DNA of 64,000 bases, taken from Vicugna vicugna. Lineage: Eukaryota. Of this stretch, positions 1-64,000 are shown piece by piece. A model generated the notes under the pieces. The model searched no databases and had not been told where the DNA came from. It worked only from the letters and a program-made list of their open reading frames with translations. The translations under genes were made by a program, and so were the position numbers. The stretch's first letter is position 1; each line of letters starts with the position of its first letter. Location: NCBI GenBank assembly GCA_013265495.1, contig MU058039.1:994591-1058590 (forward strand). The letters are read 5' to 3'.

Positions 1-269
1 TGACCAAGGTCAAGGCCAGGAAGTGGTGCCCCTGGGGCTCAGCCCTCCTGATTTCACAAGAGAAAAACTGGGCTCAGACTTGCCAACACAGCTAGTATTG
101 GGTTCTAGAGGCCTGGCCTTGACATCTCTTGGCTCCAGACTATGTCTGTTTTCTTGAACTTTGTTGAGGTTATGTGGTGGTTTTCTCAAACTTTTTGGAT
201 CTTATCCCACCAGGAAGAAGTGTATTTTATACTGCAACCTGGGACATCACATACGCATATGTAAATTAT

Positions 270-680
270 AAAAAGTCAACTTTATTGAGCTCGAATTGAC
301 ATGAAATAAATTGTACACATTTTAGGTGTTAGAGTTAACTAACTGTACATACCCATGTAACCACCATCATAATCAAGACATAAAACGTTTCCTTTATGTC
401 AGAAAGTTCCCTTTGGCTCTTTGCAGTAATCACCCTGCCCATCAGCTATGTCATCAGAATCCTTTAGTCATTTCTAGTGTTTCATAGAAAATATATTCTC
501 ATTTGTCTTGCTTCTTTTGCTCAGTGTAATACTTTTGACATTCAGCTATGTGACATGTATCAGTTGTTCATTTCTTTTTGTTGCTAGGTAGTATTCTATT
601 GTGTGAATATGCCAGTTTGTTTATCAGTTCACCTGCTGATGGACATTTGGGTTGCCTCCAATTCATGCTATTATGGACGA
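270..680 (-). mobile_element. Old L1 (L1M-type) 3' UTR fragment
   Basis: Typical antisense L1M phrases: 'acccatgtaaccacc', 'cttcttttgctcagtgtaat', 'gtagtattctattgtgtgaatat', 'gatggacatttgggttg'. Boundaries approximate. Confidence 0.7.
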
Positions 681-874
681 ATTAGGTGCATTCACACACA
701 TCTAGTTTTAACCAAAACAAGTTTCATAAAAGGTAGCTCTTAGAACACAAAGGGGATGCTGCTATTTTCTGTTCTTGCTCTACTGTTTTTTTCACTTCTT
801 CAGCATGGTAGCCATGGCCCCCCAAATTCACTTTATTTCCTTTTGATGGGTGATGACCCTCCAGCCCTTCCCAG

Positions 875-1062
875 GCTGGGGTTCCTCAAGGCATGGCCCA
901 TGTCAGAACCTCTTGGGGACTGATAAATGGTCCAGATTCCCTGCTGGCCCTGCATCTACTGAATCAGGCCCTTGGTGTTGAGGGGGAGACCAAGGCAGCA
1001 AGGAAGCTGCATTTTTAACCAGGCACCCCTGCTTCATTCTGATGCGGGAGAAAGTTAGAGAA
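875..1062. mobile_element. MER5-like hAT-Charlie DNA transposon relic
   Basis: 'cagattcc...ctactgaatcag...ctgcatttttaaccagg...ttctgatgc...aaagttagaga' resembles the MER5A consensus. Confidence 0.6.
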
Positions 1063-1254
1063 TAATTGGTGTAGGGATTAGTCTCCCTGGCTCTGATTTA
1101 TATTTTGGTTTTTGCCATTTGTCTGCTTCCTAACTTTGGGAAGTGATTTTTATTTTTCTTTCTGAGCCTTAACTTCCCAGTCTGGAAAATGGGGACAAAA
1201 ATATGCACCATAAGGATTCAAGAGGTTTATGCAAATATCTCTTGAGCTCATCTT

Positions 1255-1700
1255 CTCCCACTCCTGATGATGGCACCACCATGCTGTCTCCCTCACTGTT
1301 CTCAAATGCCCTCGGCTCCAGGCCTTTGCACAGGCTGCCTCCTCTTCCTGGAACGTTCTTCCTCCAGAAATGATCAGGTCCGATTCCTTCTCGTTATTCA
1401 AACAAGGCTCAGCTCAAATGTCACCTCCTTGGAGAGGCTGTCATTTTACCCACCTCACTGATGTCATCTCTACCCCAAAAGCTACCCTCTTACATCACCC
1501 TGGGTTATTTTTTCCATAACACCCATCACTGACATTAAAATTATAAATCTATTCACCTATTCATTGAGTCTCCTCCCACACCAGGATGTCAGCTCCGTGA
1601 GGATAGGGATTTTGTCTGCTTTATTCGCTGCTCTGTATCCCATACCTAGATCAGTGTCTGGCATGTAGCAGATGCTCAGTCAGTGTCTATCAGATGAATG
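1255..1700 (+). mobile_element. LINE2 3' end fragment
   Basis: 'ggcctttgcacaggctg', 'ctcagctcaaatgtcacctcc', 'cagtgtctggcatgtagcagatgctca...gatgaatg'. Confidence 0.75.
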
Positions 1701-2147
1701 CACAGCTCTGAGCATGAGGCATAGCAAACAGTAAGTGCTTCATAAATGCAAGCTATATGGTCCCAATGAATACACAGCATATGCCAGGATGTCGGGGTTG
1801 GCGGTTATAAGACAGCAATTCTGGGGTCTCCTGCCCACAAGTGGGATCTCTCTCCCTCCTCCCAGTCTGGACAGAAAGAATGAGGGCTGCCTGTGTGACA
1901 GGATTTGCTGGAAGGGCTGGAGGCTGTGTGAGTTCAGGCAGGACGCCCAACCTCCTTGAACCTATTTCCTTGGCTATAAAATGGAATAATCACTGCCTTA
2001 GTGGTTAAAAGCTGGAGTCTCCAACAGTTTTGACTGAAACCTCTATGAGTACAAACGTGGAGCATGCCCCCAGTACATTTATATTAGTTATACATGTACT
2101 ATGGGTTACTCCAGCAGCATATCTAGAGATGGTTCCGTGTTCTAAGA

Positions 2148-2345
2148 GTGTGGCATAGAGAGCCACAATGTTCGGATCAAGTCCCATCTCCTCTGTATGC
2201 CAGCTGTGTGACCTCAGGCAAGTCACTTTACCTCTCTGGGACCCTGTTTCCACAGGTTCGCATAATAGGATTTACCTCAGAAAGTTGTTGTGAGGATTAA
2301 ATGAGTTAATACATGTTTAGTTCTTGAAATGGGGCCCAGCACATT
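2148..2345 (+). mobile_element. MIR SINE
   Basis: MIR core 'cagctgtgtgacctcaggcaagtcactttacctctctg...gttgttgtgaggattaaatgagttaatacatgt'. Confidence 0.75.
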
Positions 2346-2354
2346 AAAAACGTA

Positions 2355-2429
2355 TTTGTTTTTTTAAATGGAGGTACTGGGGATTGATTCCAGGACCTCA
2401 TGCATGCTAAGCATGCGCTCTACTACTGA
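2355..2429 (-). mobile_element. tRNA-derived SINE, camelid Vic-1-like, 5'-truncated
   Basis: Reverse complement is tcagtagtagagcgcatgcttagcatgcatgaggtcctggaatcaatccccagtacctcc plus an A-tail, near-identical to the copy at 2894. Confidence 0.8.
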
Positions 2430-2893
2430 TCACTGGCTCTGATCTCATGGGGATGTTAGTAGCTTGTAGAATGCTCTGCACCTCAGAAAACTTTTATTTT
2501 ACTTAAAATTTTAGTTTATATTCTTCAGTTTACTTCAAACTCAGAGAAAAGTTGCAAGGTGAGTTTAAAGAACTCCCACATGGCCTTTAGTCGTTTTCCC
2601 CAAATGTGAATCCCTCCCTCTCTCTTCATTTTTTTCCCTAAACTGTTTGAGAGTTAATTGTGGACTTAATCCGTAAATACGTCAGTGTCTGTTTCCTAAA
2701 AAACAAGGGCTGTCTTTCACAAAACCACAGCACGGTCATCAAAATCAGGGGATTTTGTTTGGCTATGACACCATTATCCAATTCACAGTTCATAATCACC
2801 TGTCACCACTTGTCTCAATTCTTTATTGTGTTTCCCACCCCATGCAGGACCTAGTCCATCGCATCCAGGTGTCATTAAACAGCACTCCTTAGA

Positions 2894-3053
2894 GGGGAAG
2901 GTAGAGCTCAGTGGGAGAGTGTGTGCTTAGCATGCATGAGGTCCTGGGTTCAATCCCCAGTACCTCCATCAAAATAAATAAGTAAATAAATAAACCTAAT
3001 TATGCCCCCCAAACAAAACAAAACCCCAAAATAAATAAATTAATTTGAAGAAG
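2894..3053 (+). mobile_element. tRNA-derived SINE, camelid Vic-1-like, with target-site duplication
   Basis: Box A (agctcagtgg) and box B (ggttcaatcc), A-rich tail, flanking direct repeats agcactcctta (2881) and agcactcttta (3058). Confidence 0.85.
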
Positions 3054-3209
3054 AGAAAGCACTCTTTAAATCAGAGCCACTGTTAAAACAGCACATGAGA
3101 ATGGAGAGAAGGCTGAGTGTAAAAGCCCTGTAACTTGATGCCCTCGTATTTTCCATCTTCCAGTTCCCCACCTGTGGACTCCTACCTGGGAGGCCTCTGG
3201 GGCCAGTTG

Positions 3210-3370
3210 GACTGGGATTAAAATCCCAGCTGATCCTTTTACCAGCCGTGTGGCCTTGGACAAGCCATGTCCCCTCTTTGAGCCTCGGTTTCCCCCATTT
3301 TAACACAGGGATGACACTGGCTCTGATCTTGTGGGGATGTTAGAAGCATGTAGAGCGCTCTGCACAGGCC
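3210..3370 (+). mobile_element. MIR SINE fragment
   Basis: 'cagccgtgtggccttggacaagcc...gagcctcggtttccccatttt'. Confidence 0.6.
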
Positions 3371-3422
3371 CCTCCTTGATAAATGGTGAGGGTGGGTATC
3401 CTTTGTCTCATCTTTTTCATGA

Positions 3423-63668
<60,246 letters not shown>

Positions 63669-63807
63669 TGAGGACCCTTCCTAGGTCCGGGGAAAGGAAC
63701 ATGCTACCTTGCCCCACCCCCCGGCAACCTCCCAGTTCCTCAAGGGAGACGCTCTGTGTCCTAGGGGAGCCCCACAGCTGACCTTTCCATGTCATTTCAC
63801 TAGGACA

Positions 63808-64000
63808 GGCAGAGCCACCGTGTACCATAGTGCAGGCTGTGCATTTCACAAGGGCGTCTCCTCTGAAGGGTTCACATCACAGGCAATATCAATTTAGGCT
63901 TTTCTAGAAGAAAATATCTTGCTCAAAGGAAATCAGTTTATTACAGGAAGAGGGGGGAATTAGTATTTTATGATGAATTTCCAGCAGATGGCAATGAGGA
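63808..64000 (+). mobile_element. MER91-like hAT-Tip100 DNA transposon relic (runs off the window)
   Basis: 'cagagccaccgt...gtgcaggctgtgcatttcacaagggcg' resembles the MER91 terminus. Confidence 0.5.

Noticed and set aside
1229..1236. Single ATGCAAAT octamer in intron 1
   Set aside because: One isolated hit is expected by chance in 64 kb.
2894..2967. tRNA-like sequence with A and B boxes
   Set aside because: It has an A-rich tail, a TSD and several dispersed copies, so it is a SINE and not a tRNA gene.

Overview
This window is mammalian genomic DNA lying entirely inside the skeletal-muscle ryanodine receptor gene RYR1 (+ strand). It runs from intron 1 to intron 76. I located 75 consecutive exons (2-76, numbered by homology to human RYR1 as I recall it) with intact splice sites and continuous phase. 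They total about 11.1 kb of CDS, roughly human residues 16-3714. Exon 1 and the channel-forming C-terminus are outside the window. Short tRNA-derived SINEs of the camelid (Vic-1-like) type and a cetartiodactyl-type L1 3' end suggest a camelid genome; this is an inference. Introns contain L1, L2, MIR, MLT1 and DNA-transposon relics plus simple repeats. The most notable observations are: a same-strand cluster of POU octamer motifs in intron 49; a GC-AG intron 57; the 15-nt ASI microexon with nearby RBFOX motifs and a G4 element; a 51-bp locally templated copy at a SINE 5' junction; motif-dominated introns, with complementary ones flanking exon 24; a MER91-like element carrying a CTCF motif; and a Lys at a position that is Asn in human. 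Almost all ORFs in the six-frame track are exon read-throughs or low-complexity artefacts. Repeat family names are recognised by eye and are not database hits.
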